From positions 1-55,611 of the IMG/VR virus record IMGVR_UViG_3300031152_000004: a DNA stretch of 55,611 bases. One strand, given 5' to 3'. Position numbers and translations under genes: made by a program. The notes under the pieces are model-generated. The model searched no databases, was not told the DNA's origin, and worked only from the letters and a program-made list of their open reading frames with translations. Shown here piece by piece: positions 27,107 to 37,089 of this stretch (positions are counted from its first letter, which is position 1; the number at the start of each line of letters is the position of its first letter). The stretch is from a virus (lineage: Duplodnaviria; Caudoviricetes).

Positions 27107-27564
27107 TGCCTATTTTTGTTCCACCGCCCACGCCGGGCCCATTGGCTACCGGTCCAGACGTCTCGGCCGGCGAGGAAGCCTTCGAACGGATCATGGACGA
27201 CGGATGTGACGTAACCCGCGACATCGGCGGGACGGCAGATGCGCTGCTGGACGCCGTTACCGGCACGCTGGTGCAGGTCGGCAGGGTAACCGTATACTCT
27301 GGGCGTTGCCTGGTACGTGGTGCTACCGGGTCCATCGCCGAGCGCGGGGGGGCGTACCCCGTCCAGTCCAACCCGACACTCTACCTACCGCTGTCATTCC
27401 TGCGGCTGGCTCCCGGATCCGAACCCGCCCGCGGCGACCTGGTTACTGTGACGTCCAGCCGTCGCGACCCGAACATGGTTGGGCAGACCTACGAAATCCT
27501 GGACATCCCCTCTTCGACCATCGCCGTAGCCCGCCGCTGCATCCTGATCTTCCGGGGGTTCTGA
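27106..27564 (+). CDS. Head-to-tail stopper (DUF6093-like)
   Basis: M.D.C.VTR, VYSG.C.V, L.LP, GD.V.VT.S..DP...G. Confidence 0.7.
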   Translation: MPIFVPPPTPGPLATGPDVSAGEEAFERIMDDGCDVTRDIGGTADALLDAVTGTLVQVGRVTVYSGRCLVRGATGSIAERGGAYPVQSNPTLYLPLSFLRLAPGSEPARGDLVTVTSSRRDPNMVGQTYEILDIPSSTIAVARRCILIFRGF

Positions 27565-27974
27565 TGGACGTCAATGTTACGTTGAAGAACGCCGCTCTAG
27601 TGGCGAGCCGGCTTGACCTGATCGGGGACGCGGCTTTCAAGGCCGTTGCCGCGACGATAATCGACTCCGGACAGCTGCTGGAGTCCGCCGTCAAGCGGCA
27701 CGCCTCCGGGCGGCCAGGACCAAATGCCCCCACCGGGGACTACCGCAGGTCCTGGAGTACCCGGGTCCGGTTCACCGCGGACACAGTCACCAGCATCACC
27801 GGGACCAACCGGCCGCAGGCGGCCCGCCTGGAATACGGGTTCCACGGGATGGACTCGCTGGGGCGCAACTACAACCAGCCGCCGTTCCCGCACGCCGGCC
27901 CGGCCATGGATGAGGTGCGTCCCCTCGCCGTCGTCGCCGCAAAGACCGCCCTGGCCCGGGTGGCGAGGATCTGA
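27564..27974 (+). CDS. HK97 gp10-like neck/tail completion protein
   Basis: ASGRPGPN..TGDYRRSW, RLEYGF, P...PA. Confidence 0.8.
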   Translation: MDVNVTLKNAALVASRLDLIGDAAFKAVAATIIDSGQLLESAVKRHASGRPGPNAPTGDYRRSWSTRVRFTADTVTSITGTNRPQAARLEYGFHGMDSLGRNYNQPPFPHAGPAMDEVRPLAVVAAKTALARVARI

Positions 27975-28450
27975 TGATCCAGCTGCTAACCAACGCCGTC
28001 CTGGACCTGTACCGGGTCTACATCAACCTGTCGGCGGTGCTGGGGCCAGCCGGCGTGCACGACAACAGCGGGGGCGGCGCGAAGGTGTACGACCACGAGG
28101 TACCCGCGTCCGTGTCCTACCCGTACTCGTGCCTGTACCAGGTCCCGGGTGGCAGCTACAGCGGCCCACCTCTGACCGGCCCAGAAGCCGACCTGACCGC
28201 GATATTCCAGGTGGACGCGGTCGGGACCCGCCGTGACCAGGCACAGTGGCTGGCCGACAAAATCAAGGAGGTCACCCTAGGGAGGGGCCCCAGCGGGCAG
28301 CTGCTGTGCTCGTTGAACGCCCCGACGGGCTGGCGCGAATGTGCTAGACTGGCCGCGGATACACCCCCTGGCGTCATCCGCGATTCCACTGCACCGACTC
28401 CGCTCTACTCCGTACCGCAACGCTTCGCCGTCGTAATCACGCCGATCTGA
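27974..28450 (+). CDS. Tail terminator
   Basis: VYD..VP...YPY and QVDAVG..R.QA..LAD; position in the neck module. Confidence 0.7.
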   Translation: MIQLLTNAVLDLYRVYINLSAVLGPAGVHDNSGGGAKVYDHEVPASVSYPYSCLYQVPGGSYSGPPLTGPEADLTAIFQVDAVGTRRDQAQWLADKIKEVTLGRGPSGQLLCSLNAPTGWRECARLAADTPPGVIRDSTAPTPLYSVPQRFAVVITPI

Positions 28451-28464
28451 GAGGGAGTGCGCCC

Positions 28465-28797
28465 ATGGCCGTTCTCGTCGCGGTCGTACCCGGCCCCGCC
28501 GGGGCCGCTGCGTCGTTCGTCTCCGCCGCTGGCGGAGGAGACCGCGCGCCGTGCGGACCGAAGACCTACCTGCACGTGAAGAACGCCTCCGGCGCGCCCA
28601 TCACCGTTACGGTGGACTCGGTCGTCCCGTGCAACTACGGGTCGGACCACGACCTGGTGGTGTCGGTGCCGGCCACGACCGGCGAGCGGCTGATCGGGCC
28701 GCTGTCGCCGGAACGCTACGCCTCCACCTCGGACGGGCTGGCCGCGGTCACCTACTCAGGTGTGACCTCCCTGACCGTCATGGTGGTGTCGCTGTGA
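28465..28797 (+). CDS. Small virion protein (putative), 110 aa
   Basis: LHVKN....ITVT...VPA...R.IGP...V.YS.VTS.TV. Confidence 0.6.
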   Translation: MAVLVAVVPGPAGAAASFVSAAGGGDRAPCGPKTYLHVKNASGAPITVTVDSVVPCNYGSDHDLVVSVPATTGERLIGPLSPERYASTSDGLAAVTYSGVTSLTVMVVSL

Positions 28798-29345
28798 CGG
28801 GCGACCCCAACGCCTGGGTGGACCTGTACCACCTGGACTTGAAGGCGTCGCACCGGTCGACCGAGGCTGCGTATGAGGAGATCTGGAAGTACAAGGGCTG
28901 GATCCTACGTGACGCGGCGGCCGTTCCGGTGCTGGCGCGGGTCATGCAGGACCCGGACGCAGCTTCCGACGACGAGCTGCGGCTGGCCTCCTCGGCGATC
29001 ACCCCGGACGCCGACGCACTGGCGCTGACCCGCGACGAGATGATCGCGACCATCCGGATCCTGCCTCAGCACGTCGGCGCGGACACTCCTGTCGGTCGCC
29101 GGCTGGCGCAGCTGCAGGCCGACCTGCCGGACGAGGCACTGCAGGAGGCCGGGATCATTCCGGATACTGGCAGCTACAACCCCGACGAGCATTCGAACAT
29201 GGCCGTCAACGAGTACCTGCAGGCGCAGCTGGACGCCGGCAATCTGGCCGAGGTCGATCGGGTGCTGGCGCTGGAGGAGCAGGGTCAGAACCGCAAGGGG
29301 ATCGTCACCGACGGTCCGGCCGTCAAGCAGCGAAAGGACTCGTGA
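28794..29345 (+). CDS. Hypothetical protein, 183 aa
   Basis: GTGA overlap; C-terminal V..YL...RVL..E..G.NRK.I motif. Confidence 0.6.
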   Translation: MTGDPNAWVDLYHLDLKASHRSTEAAYEEIWKYKGWILRDAAAVPVLARVMQDPDAASDDELRLASSAITPDADALALTRDEMIATIRILPQHVGADTPVGRRLAQLQADLPDEALQEAGIIPDTGSYNPDEHSNMAVNEYLQAQLDAGNLAEVDRVLALEEQGQNRKGIVTDGPAVKQRKDS

Positions 29346-29348
29346 TCG

Positions 29349-29804
29349 ATGGCCCGCTTCTTCCGTAGGGGTAAGTCCCTTATCAAGTTCCTGCCGGCAG
29401 TCGCCGGTACCAGCCCGACCGGCCCGGAGTTCGCCGCCGGCACGGACCTGTCGCCCCAGATCGGCGGCATCGGCGGGTTCCAGCTGCAGAACAACCCGAT
29501 CGAGACCCCGGATCTGGCCACCTCGTTCACCAGCCAGATCAACGGGCCGGACACCACCGACGCCAGCACGCTGACCATCTACGACGACGACTCGGCCTCT
29601 ACCATCCGGAACCTGCTGGCGAAGGGCACCGTCGGAGTCATCGTGCTGGAGCCGTACGGGCATGTCTCGGGCAAGCGCTGCGAGGTGTGGCGGGTGACCT
29701 CGACCGGGGTCAACGACCAGTGGAGCCTGGACGCCACCGCGGCCCAGTTCATGGTCGGCCTGGCCGTCAACTCGGTCCCGACTCAGGCCGGTACGATCCC
29801 GTAG
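29349..29804 (+). CDS. Major tail (tube) protein
   Basis: PT..E..AGTDLS, PDL...F...I.G, G..CEVW; precedes the chaperones and TMP. Confidence 0.8.
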   Translation: MARFFRRGKSLIKFLPAVAGTSPTGPEFAAGTDLSPQIGGIGGFQLQNNPIETPDLATSFTSQINGPDTTDASTLTIYDDDSASTIRNLLAKGTVGVIVLEPYGHVSGKRCEVWRVTSTGVNDQWSLDATAAQFMVGLAVNSVPTQAGTIP

Positions 29805-29807
29805 CAG

Positions 29808-29984
29808 CTGGTGGGGGAGGACGCCCGGCGACGGGTTGACAGCCTCGAGCGTCCTCCCCAAGGTCACCAGTGCACGCTCAGGCTTTACCCGGGGGCAATA
29901 CCTCGGCGCTCGCAGGGGTGGCGGTTCCGACCGCCCCCAAGGCTACAACGCCACTCCTGCGAGGCGCCTCCTGACTACAGGAGG
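29808..29984 (+). ncRNA. Candidate multi-hairpin cis-regulatory RNA
   Basis: Four successive hairpins; the last, CCTCCTG-ACTA-CAGGAGG, sequesters the RBS of the next gene. Confidence 0.4.
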
Positions 29985-29991
29985 AAAGCCC

Positions 29992-30522
29992 GTGAGCAAG
30001 ACTGGACGCCCCCGCCGGATCCCTCAGACCACCTTCGCCCGGCTGGCGCGCAAGGAGCGGATCGAGATCGTCGAGATCATCCCGTTGACCGCCGACGCCA
30101 GCCGCCTGTACGAGAAGGCCAAGAACGACCTGGCCACCGCGGAGATGGTCGGAGACCCGGACCGGATCCAGGACACGCGCGCCGCCCTGAACGAGACCAA
30201 GGATCTGATCGCTGATGACCTGGCCGAGGTCACCTTCCGAGCACTGCCCGGTAGCGAGTACAAGGAGCTGGTCCGGGCGCACCCGCCGAACGAGGCAGAC
30301 CAGGCCGAACACCAGAAGCTGCACGGCGTACCAGCCGAGTTCGACGTGGAGACGTTCGCCCCGGCGTTGATCTCCGCGTCCTGCGTCGAACCGAAGATGA
30401 CCGAGGCGGAAGCGTCCTCGCTGCCGTCGCTGGGCTGGTCCGGCGCCGAGTTCAACCGGCTGTTCCAGCTCGCCCTGATGGTCAACTCCTCGGTCCGGTC
30501 GATCTCGGACCCGGATTTCTGA
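29992..30522 (+). CDS. Tail assembly chaperone G, 176 aa
   Basis: GTG after AGGAGG; FRAL...Y..L...HPP, F...F.PALI.AS..EP; lies between tail tube and TMP genes. Confidence 0.75.
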   Translation: MSKTGRPRRIPQTTFARLARKERIEIVEIIPLTADASRLYEKAKNDLATAEMVGDPDRIQDTRAALNETKDLIADDLAEVTFRALPGSEYKELVRAHPPNEADQAEHQKLHGVPAEFDVETFAPALISASCVEPKMTEAEASSLPSLGWSGAEFNRLFQLALMVNSSVRSISDPDF

Positions 30523-30869
30523 TCGGGGCCGACCCCGAATTGGAAGCGGACCTGGCCTACTGCGTCCCGCTGGGGATTCCGCTTTCCAGCTTCCAGGGCA
30601 GGCCAGCCCTGCGCGCCGGGGTCGACCCCGAATGGACCGATCAGGACCGGGTCCTGGCACTGGCGTACCGGCGCCGATCGGCGGCCGTCTGCCCGGACTG
30701 CGGCACCCACCCGCGGGAGTGGGCCGCTGACAGGTTCGCCTACGTCGCGGTGAACCATTACTGCCCTGGTTGCGACCTGGTGGCCCAGGCGCGTGACCAG
30801 GTCCCTGAACAGGCTAAGGGCGTGCATGTCGTCCTGCAGGTCAACGACGGGTCGGGTGACGACGAGTGA
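30513..30869 (+). CDS. Tail assembly chaperone GT extension (-1 frameshift frame)
   Basis: The -1 frame is open from G-GAT-TTC (30513-30519) to 30869; W...DR..ALA..., CPDCG and CPGC. Confidence 0.65.
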   Translation, partial: GFLIGADPELEADLAYCVPLGIPLSSFQGRPALRAGVDPEWTDQDRVLALAYRRRSAAVCPDCGTHPREWAADRFAYVAVNHYCPGCDLVAQARDQVPEQAKGVHVVLQVNDGSGDDE

Positions 30870-33800
30870 GCACGCCCCTGAACCTGACCCTCAGCGCGAC
30901 TGGCGGGTCCGCGGTCCGGTCGGAACTCGCCGCCACCGCTGCCGGCGTCCGGAAGCTGCACAGCCAGGTCGAAGCGGACTCGAAGCGGTCGGTCCGGGCG
31001 AACCAAGGCCTGGTCACGTCCTTCCGCGGGGTACAGAACGCGGTTGGCGGGTTGCCGTTCGGGCTGACCCGGGTCGCCACGGGCCTGTCCCAGATCAAGG
31101 CCGCTGGTTCGGGCGTGAACGTCGCGGCCTTCGGGCTGGTAGCTCTGGGCGCCGCCACCGCAGCTGCCGTCGGGATCATGACCGTTCGCGCGCTGGCCTT
31201 CGACAAGGCGATGCGCAACGTCAACTCGATCACCGGGCTGTCCGAGAGCGCATTCCAGGCGATGGAGAAGTCGGTCCTGGACTTGTCCAAGCGGCTGCCG
31301 CAGTCCGCGACGACCCTGGCCGAAGGCCTGTACTCGATCGCCTCGTCCGGGTTCCAAGGCGCGGACGGGCTGAAGATTCTGACCGCGTCCGCGACGGCCG
31401 CGTCAGCGGGACTGACCACTACCGAGGTATCCGCCAGGGCGATCACGTCGGTACTGAACTCGTACGGGCTGACAGCGGCGTCCGCGGCGGACGTTTCTGA
31501 CGTGCTGTTCCAGACGGTCAACCTGGGTGTCCTGTCGTTCGATGAGCTGGCGAACAACCTAGGCGACGTGGTTGGGATCGCCGCGACCGCAAAGATCGGG
31601 ATCGACCAGGTCGGGTCGGCTCTGGCGACCATGACCCTGTCCGGTCTGAACGGCGCTCTGGCCGCCAACAGCCTGCAGAACCTGTTGCAGAAGACGATCA
31701 AGCCCAGCGAGGCGCTGGGCAAGGAGCTGAAGCGGCTGGGCTACGAGTCCGGCGCTCAGGCCCTGGCGGCCGATGGCCTGCGCGGGGTCATGGAGAAGCT
31801 GCGGGTCGCCACTGGCGGGAACATCACCGAGCTGCTCAAGCTGTTCCCGGACATCCAGGCCGCGCGCGGGGCGCTGGCCCTGATGGCGAACGAGGGAAAG
31901 AACTACACGAAGGTTGCCGGTCAGATTGAGTCCGCGGACAAGCGGCGCGGCGCTACCCAGCGGACCCTGAACGAGCAAATGAAGTCCGCGTCGAACCAGC
32001 TAGCGCTGATGCGGAACCGGCTGGACGCGGTAGCGATCACAGGCGGGACCAAGCTGCTGCCGATCCTGATCGGCCTGCTGGGTGCGATCAACCAGCTCGG
32101 CGGGCAGGCCGGTCGCGGAGTGGCGGAGCTGTCCCAGCGGCTCGCCCCGGCCTGGCACGCCCTGTCCGACACCGGGCACGACCTGGTAACCATCATGCAC
32201 GACCTGGGAAACAACCTGGGGCCGGTAGTCGCGGGCCTGGCGAAGCTGGGGGCCGGTGCTGGGATCGGCGCGCTGAACGCCCTGGCGGTGAGCCTGTCGG
32301 CGCTGACCGGCTTCCTGTCCAGCAACTCCACCCTGGTAACAGTCCTGGTGGTCGCCCTCGGAATCAGCCTCGTGCAGTCGGCGCTGGCCGCCCGCGGCGG
32401 CCTGATCGCCCTGATGACCACCATGAAGGTGGGCACGGTAAACGCCTTTGTGGACGCCCTGCTGCGGATGGACCTGGCGTTCTCCAGCGGCGCGATGTCG
32501 GCCAAGGCGTTCCAACTCGGGCTGGCCGGCGTGGTCGCCTACGGCCTGGTCTCGGTCATCAGCGACATGCAGAAGACCAAGCATGCCGGCGAGGACACCG
32601 CGGCCGCAATCAAGAGCGTGTTCGACACTCTGGGCACTCAGCCGAACCTGACCGGGCTGGACGCGGCCCGCCAGGCGCTGAACAAGATCGGCGCGGACGT
32701 AGAGGCGAAGAAGCCGGACCACGGGATCATACCGAGCGGTCCCAATGCCGGCAAGGCGATCGGGGCCCCAGACTACAACAAGTCCCTGGACCTGCTGGAA
32801 GCGGCCCAGAAGAAGGTGTCCGCGCAGACCGCCATTCTACGTAACAACATGTCGCTCCTGTCGCTGACTACCGGGATGTCTACTGCCGGCATCCAGAAGC
32901 TGGCGAAAGCCGCCGGGGTGGACCTGACCGGCTCGTGGCAGGATGTCGCCCAGGGCATCGCCGCCTACCGGGCGGCCCAGGCCGGGACCACGGTCGGACA
33001 GCAGAGCCTCATCAAGGCCATGGGGGACCTATCGGAGTCGGCTGGCGACGCTGGCGCGAAGGTTAAGGCGCTGAAAGAGGCCCTGGACGCGCTGATGGGG
33101 CCGCAGTTGGGCGTGAACGAGGCGACCCGTAGCTGGCTGGGCGGATTGAAGGACCTGACCGACGAGCTGGAGAAGACCCAGAAGGCGGCCAAGGGGCACA
33201 AGAACACCCTGGACCTGAACACCGAGGCTGGTCGGGCCAACAGCGAAGCGATCGACAGGCAGGCCAAGGCCCTGTCCGACCTGGTGGTGGCCCAGGCGAA
33301 TAACGGGGCTACCTCCGCCAGCCTGACCAAGACCTGGGACGGCGGAGTCGGCGCGTTGCGCCGGGTGATGGAGCAGGCTGGGTTTACCAAAGCCCAGATT
33401 GACACCTACACTAGCGCGCTGGGCCTGGTGCCGGGCAACGTCCAGACGATCGTCGCGGCGGCCGGCGCGGACGCCTCGGCCCGGCAGGTGGCGGAGCTTC
33501 GCCGGCAGATCGCCCTGCTGCAGAACAAGACCGTCCACGTTACGTCGGAGACCATCTACAAGACGATCGGATCGCCCCCCGGTACCGTCCACAAGGGCGT
33601 CGGGATGAACGCCTACGGGAACGTCTACGTGGAGCAGTACGCGGGGGGTGGGTCGCGGCTGCCGAAGTCGGCGATGATTGCGCGGAATGGCGCCAACCTG
33701 GTCCAGTGGGCGGAGCCCGGGACCGGCGGCGAGGCGTTTATCCCGCTGGCGCCGAGCCGTCGTGACCGGTCGGTGGCGATCCTGGGGACCGTCGCCGACA

Positions 33801-34909
33801 TGTTCGGGTTGAAGCTGGTGGAGGCCGCCCGCGGCGGGCTGTTGAAGGCAGCCACCGGGATGGTCACCTCTTCCCCGTTCGACCCCGGCTCGCTGCTGCC
33901 GACCGCACCGGACCCGACCCACCCCGTGAGCCTGGCGGCTTACGCGAAGGCGCTGGCCGCGGGGGTTGCCACAACCAACCGCTGGCGGGCGGAGCTGGCC
34001 AAGATCGCGAAGTACGCCGGGGAGGACGTCGCGGCGCAGCTGGCCGCGATGGGCGAGCAGGGAGTCGGGCTGGTCCACAAGATGGCCACCGGTACCGGCG
34101 CCCAGATGCGGTCGATCGCTAAGTCGCTGCGGGCTCTCGGGCCGGCCGGCGACGCTGCGATGAACGACTTCGCGGCCAGCCTACGGATGGGCACCAAAGA
34201 GGCCAGCGACTTCCAGAAGAACCTGCTGACGCTGATCGGGCGGGGGCAGACCGGGCTGGCCTCCAGGATCGCCGCGATGGGGTCGGAGGCCGGCGGGACC
34301 CTAGCGGCGCAGGCGGCGCACGCCACCAACGCACAGCTGGGCACGCTATCGTCGGCCCTGGCTGCGAACACGGCCGCGACCGATGAGAGGCTGATGGACG
34401 CGTTGAACCTGGCCGGGCTGCTGCAGGCCAGCGGGGGGAAGCTGGGGATCGCCGGCCTGTCGGACCGTTCGGGGATGAGCGTCGCGGACGTCTATGGGCT
34501 ATTGACCCGGTATGGTACTCAGGTGTTCAGTAAGATCGGCAAGGCGATGGCGCAGGTAGACCGCGACCAGGCGCTGATCGCCGCCGGGAAGCCCATCTCC
34601 GGGATGCGGTACGGCGGGATTATGCCGGACGGCGCCAACGCCGTCCGGTTCGCTGAGCGGGGGACCGGCGGGGAAGCGTACATCCCGCTGGGGGCGTACA
34701 ACCGGCACCGGTCCCGGGAGGTCTGGGCCAAGACCGGCCGGCTGCTGGGGATGGGAGGGGGCGGTGTGATGATCGCACCGGGGGCGGTTGCGCTGTCGGT
34801 CACCGTCCCAGCCGGGCTGTCAGAGGCCGCCGCTACCCGGATCGCCCGCAACGCCGCCGACCAGGCGATGTCATCGCTGGTCCGAGAGCTTAAGACAGGG
34901 AACCGCTGA
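30866..34909 (+). CDS. Tape measure protein (TP901-type), 1347 aa
   Basis: FDKAM.NV..., A.GLY.IAS.G, Ala/Gly-rich helices; two AE.GTGGEA.IPL motifs. Confidence 0.92.
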   Translation: MSTPLNLTLSATGGSAVRSELAATAAGVRKLHSQVEADSKRSVRANQGLVTSFRGVQNAVGGLPFGLTRVATGLSQIKAAGSGVNVAAFGLVALGAATAAAVGIMTVRALAFDKAMRNVNSITGLSESAFQAMEKSVLDLSKRLPQSATTLAEGLYSIASSGFQGADGLKILTASATAASAGLTTTEVSARAITSVLNSYGLTAASAADVSDVLFQTVNLGVLSFDELANNLGDVVGIAATAKIGIDQVGSALATMTLSGLNGALAANSLQNLLQKTIKPSEALGKELKRLGYESGAQALAADGLRGVMEKLRVATGGNITELLKLFPDIQAARGALALMANEGKNYTKVAGQIESADKRRGATQRTLNEQMKSASNQLALMRNRLDAVAITGGTKLLPILIGLLGAINQLGGQAGRGVAELSQRLAPAWHALSDTGHDLVTIMHDLGNNLGPVVAGLAKLGAGAGIGALNALAVSLSALTGFLSSNSTLVTVLVVALGISLVQSALAARGGLIALMTTMKVGTVNAFVDALLRMDLAFSSGAMSAKAFQLGLAGVVAYGLVSVISDMQKTKHAGEDTAAAIKSVFDTLGTQPNLTGLDAARQALNKIGADVEAKKPDHGIIPSGPNAGKAIGAPDYNKSLDLLEAAQKKVSAQTAILRNNMSLLSLTTGMSTAGIQKLAKAAGVDLTGSWQDVAQGIAAYRAAQAGTTVGQQSLIKAMGDLSESAGDAGAKVKALKEALDALMGPQLGVNEATRSWLGGLKDLTDELEKTQKAAKGHKNTLDLNTEAGRANSEAIDRQAKALSDLVVAQANNGATSASLTKTWDGGVGALRRVMEQAGFTKAQIDTYTSALGLVPGNVQTIVAAAGADASARQVAELRRQIALLQNKTVHVTSETIYKTIGSPPGTVHKGVGMNAYGNVYVEQYAGGGSRLPKSAMIARNGANLVQWAEPGTGGEAFIPLAPSRRDRSVAILGTVADMFGLKLVEAARGGLLKAATGMVTSSPFDPGSLLPTAPDPTHPVSLAAYAKALAAGVATTNRWRAELAKIAKYAGEDVAAQLAAMGEQGVGLVHKMATGTGAQMRSIAKSLRALGPAGDAAMNDFAASLRMGTKEASDFQKNLLTLIGRGQTGLASRIAAMGSEAGGTLAAQAAHATNAQLGTLSSALAANTAATDERLMDALNLAGLLQASGGKLGIAGLSDRSGMSVADVYGLLTRYGTQVFSKIGKAMAQVDRDQALIAAGKPISGMRYGGIMPDGANAVRFAERGTGGEAYIPLGAYNRHRSREVWAKTGRLLGMGGGGVMIAPGAVALSVTVPAGLSEAAATRIARNAADQAMSSLVRELKTGNR

Positions 34910-37089
34910 TGGCCACCGTCGACGTTTTCCCGGACGCCACCGTCTCAATCGCCGGCTATTCGGTGGTCGGGGCCGCGACCGCCCACGCCGCCCTGTCGGA
35001 CGCCTCCGACGCTACTTACATCACCGACAACGTCACCGGGGCGCACTCGGTGAAGGTGAACTTCGCTACTACGACACTGCCGTCGGGCGCGGTGATCAAG
35101 AAGGTCACGCCGAAGTTCCGGGCCAGCCAGGCGACCGGGAACCAGCGGGTCGGGCCGCAGCTGCGGGTCTACTGGCCGACCGATGCCAGCAAGCTGCTGT
35201 ACGGCCCGGCCGACACCTGGCAACGCCCGACCTCCTCCATCGCCGACATCGTCAACAACGCCGCGGGCCCGGCGTACCTGGCCTCCCCCGACCCGGCGCA
35301 CCCGAACTGGACCCCGCAGTTCCTGGTCGACAACCTCCAGGCCAGCTTCGTCACCTCGACTATCGACGTCCCGACGTCGTCCACCGACGATCACCGGGTC
35401 TACCGGTTCTGGCTATCGGTCGAGTACAACGAGCAGCCGGTCGCAACCAGCCTGGCGCTGGACCCGGCTGGGTCGAACACGACTACTACCCGGCCGGGCT
35501 TCACCTGGGTCTGCTCGGACCCGGAGGGTGACCCGCAGGCTGGACGGCGGGTGGTCCTGTGGACCACCGCGGATTTCAACGACCTGAACTGCCCTGACGC
35601 GAATGCGGTAAGCTTCGTTGCCACCGATGGCAGTACCCGCACCTCGGTCGCCCACACCGGCACCGCGACCGACCCGACCGAGTACTCCTCCTCCGCGTCC
35701 TGGTCCTGTCCGGTCGACCTGGGCGCCACCACCGCGTACACGTTGTGCGTTCAGCTGGCCGACCAGGTCGGAGACCAGGTCCGGTTCGCCAACGCGGCCG
35801 GTACGGGGACCTTCGCCTTCACCATGGCGATCACACCGCCGTCCACCCCGGTCCTGTCGGGAGTCAGCTGGGACCAGTTCAACTACCGGACCCAGCTGAC
35901 CATCGCAGCCGCGAACAACCTGCTGGACGCGGACACGGCGGACAACGAGGTCGGTACCGCCGGGTCCTGGCTGGCGAACTTCAACGCCGGGGGTGGGGCG
36001 GTTGTCACCGTCTCCAGCCCGACCGCGTTCAACGGGACCTTCGAGCGCAGGTGGATCTCTGGCGGGGTCGGCGCGACCGATTCCAGCATCGTTACCGGGG
36101 TGTTCTACAAGTGCATCGGGTCGACCGCCTACTCGTTCCACTACCGGGGCAGGTCCTCGGCTGCCGCCCGGAACCATCAGGTGATCGTGCAGTGGTATGA
36201 CGCTGCCCAGGCGGCTATCGGCGGGACGGTGGCAGGATCGGCAACTGGCGTCAACAACAGCGGCTGGACTGAGGTCAAGCTGAACAACGCCGTCTCGCCC
36301 TCCAACGCCCGGTATTTCAAGATGTTTTGCAACGCCATCTCTACCGGAGCGGCCGAGTCGAACTACTGCGACGCCGCGGGGGCCTACCCCGGTACGGTCG
36401 TCCCGACCTGGACCCGCGGGGGCCTGGTCGACTCGCAGCGGATCATCGTCGAACGGTCGACCGACGTCGGGGTGACCTGGTGGGGCCTGCCCCAGTGCAC
36501 CACGCTGACCCCGGGGGTCGCGGCGGACGGCTCGGTCAACCAGACCCTGACCCTGTACGACCTGGCCAACCGGCACAACGTCGCGGCGCGGTACCGGGCC
36601 CGGACCGTCCACAACGACGGCACGTTCACCTACGCGTCGGCCAACACCGCGACTGCCGGGCCAGTCACCCCGTCATTCGATATCTTCGTCATCCGGGACC
36701 CGACCGATTCCAACCTGACCATGCCGTGCCGGGTCATGGGGCCGATCGAGAGCAGCTCGACCGAGCGGGTCGGAGTGTTCGAGATCCTGTACGTCGCCGC
36801 CCCGGTGTTCGTCTCGCAGGTGGTCGGCACTGAGCGTATGCAGGTCCCGATCCGGCTGGTCGGTGAGCCGGAATGGGTAACCCTGCAGCTGATGCGGGCG
36901 AAGATGGCCAGCCTGGTCCTGCAGTCGGACATGGACGGAGTGGCGTGGTGGGTCAGGCTGGGCCCGGTCGTCAGTCACCAGCTAGCCTACACGACCCTGC
37001 GAAAATCCGCTTCCACCCGCTCCCGGTTCGTTACCCTGGAGCTGATCGTGGGTAACGGGCCGGCCGGGCAACCGACGGTGGTGCCGTAA
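34909..37089 (+). CDS. Minor tail protein with CBM-like domain, 726 aa
   Basis: Follows TMP; P.F.W...DPEGDPQ Fn3-like segment, carbohydrate-binding-like module, Dit-like C-terminus. Confidence 0.7.
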   Translation: MATVDVFPDATVSIAGYSVVGAATAHAALSDASDATYITDNVTGAHSVKVNFATTTLPSGAVIKKVTPKFRASQATGNQRVGPQLRVYWPTDASKLLYGPADTWQRPTSSIADIVNNAAGPAYLASPDPAHPNWTPQFLVDNLQASFVTSTIDVPTSSTDDHRVYRFWLSVEYNEQPVATSLALDPAGSNTTTTRPGFTWVCSDPEGDPQAGRRVVLWTTADFNDLNCPDANAVSFVATDGSTRTSVAHTGTATDPTEYSSSASWSCPVDLGATTAYTLCVQLADQVGDQVRFANAAGTGTFAFTMAITPPSTPVLSGVSWDQFNYRTQLTIAAANNLLDADTADNEVGTAGSWLANFNAGGGAVVTVSSPTAFNGTFERRWISGGVGATDSSIVTGVFYKCIGSTAYSFHYRGRSSAAARNHQVIVQWYDAAQAAIGGTVAGSATGVNNSGWTEVKLNNAVSPSNARYFKMFCNAISTGAAESNYCDAAGAYPGTVVPTWTRGGLVDSQRIIVERSTDVGVTWWGLPQCTTLTPGVAADGSVNQTLTLYDLANRHNVAARYRARTVHNDGTFTYASANTATAGPVTPSFDIFVIRDPTDSNLTMPCRVMGPIESSSTERVGVFEILYVAAPVFVSQVVGTERMQVPIRLVGEPEWVTLQLMRAKMASLVLQSDMDGVAWWVRLGPVVSHQLAYTTLRKSASTRSRFVTLELIVGNGPAGQPTVVP

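Noticed and set aside
33700-34690. Duplicated AE.GTGGEA.IPL motif in the tape measure protein
   Set aside because: A common motif in actinophage TMP C-termini, so not unusual
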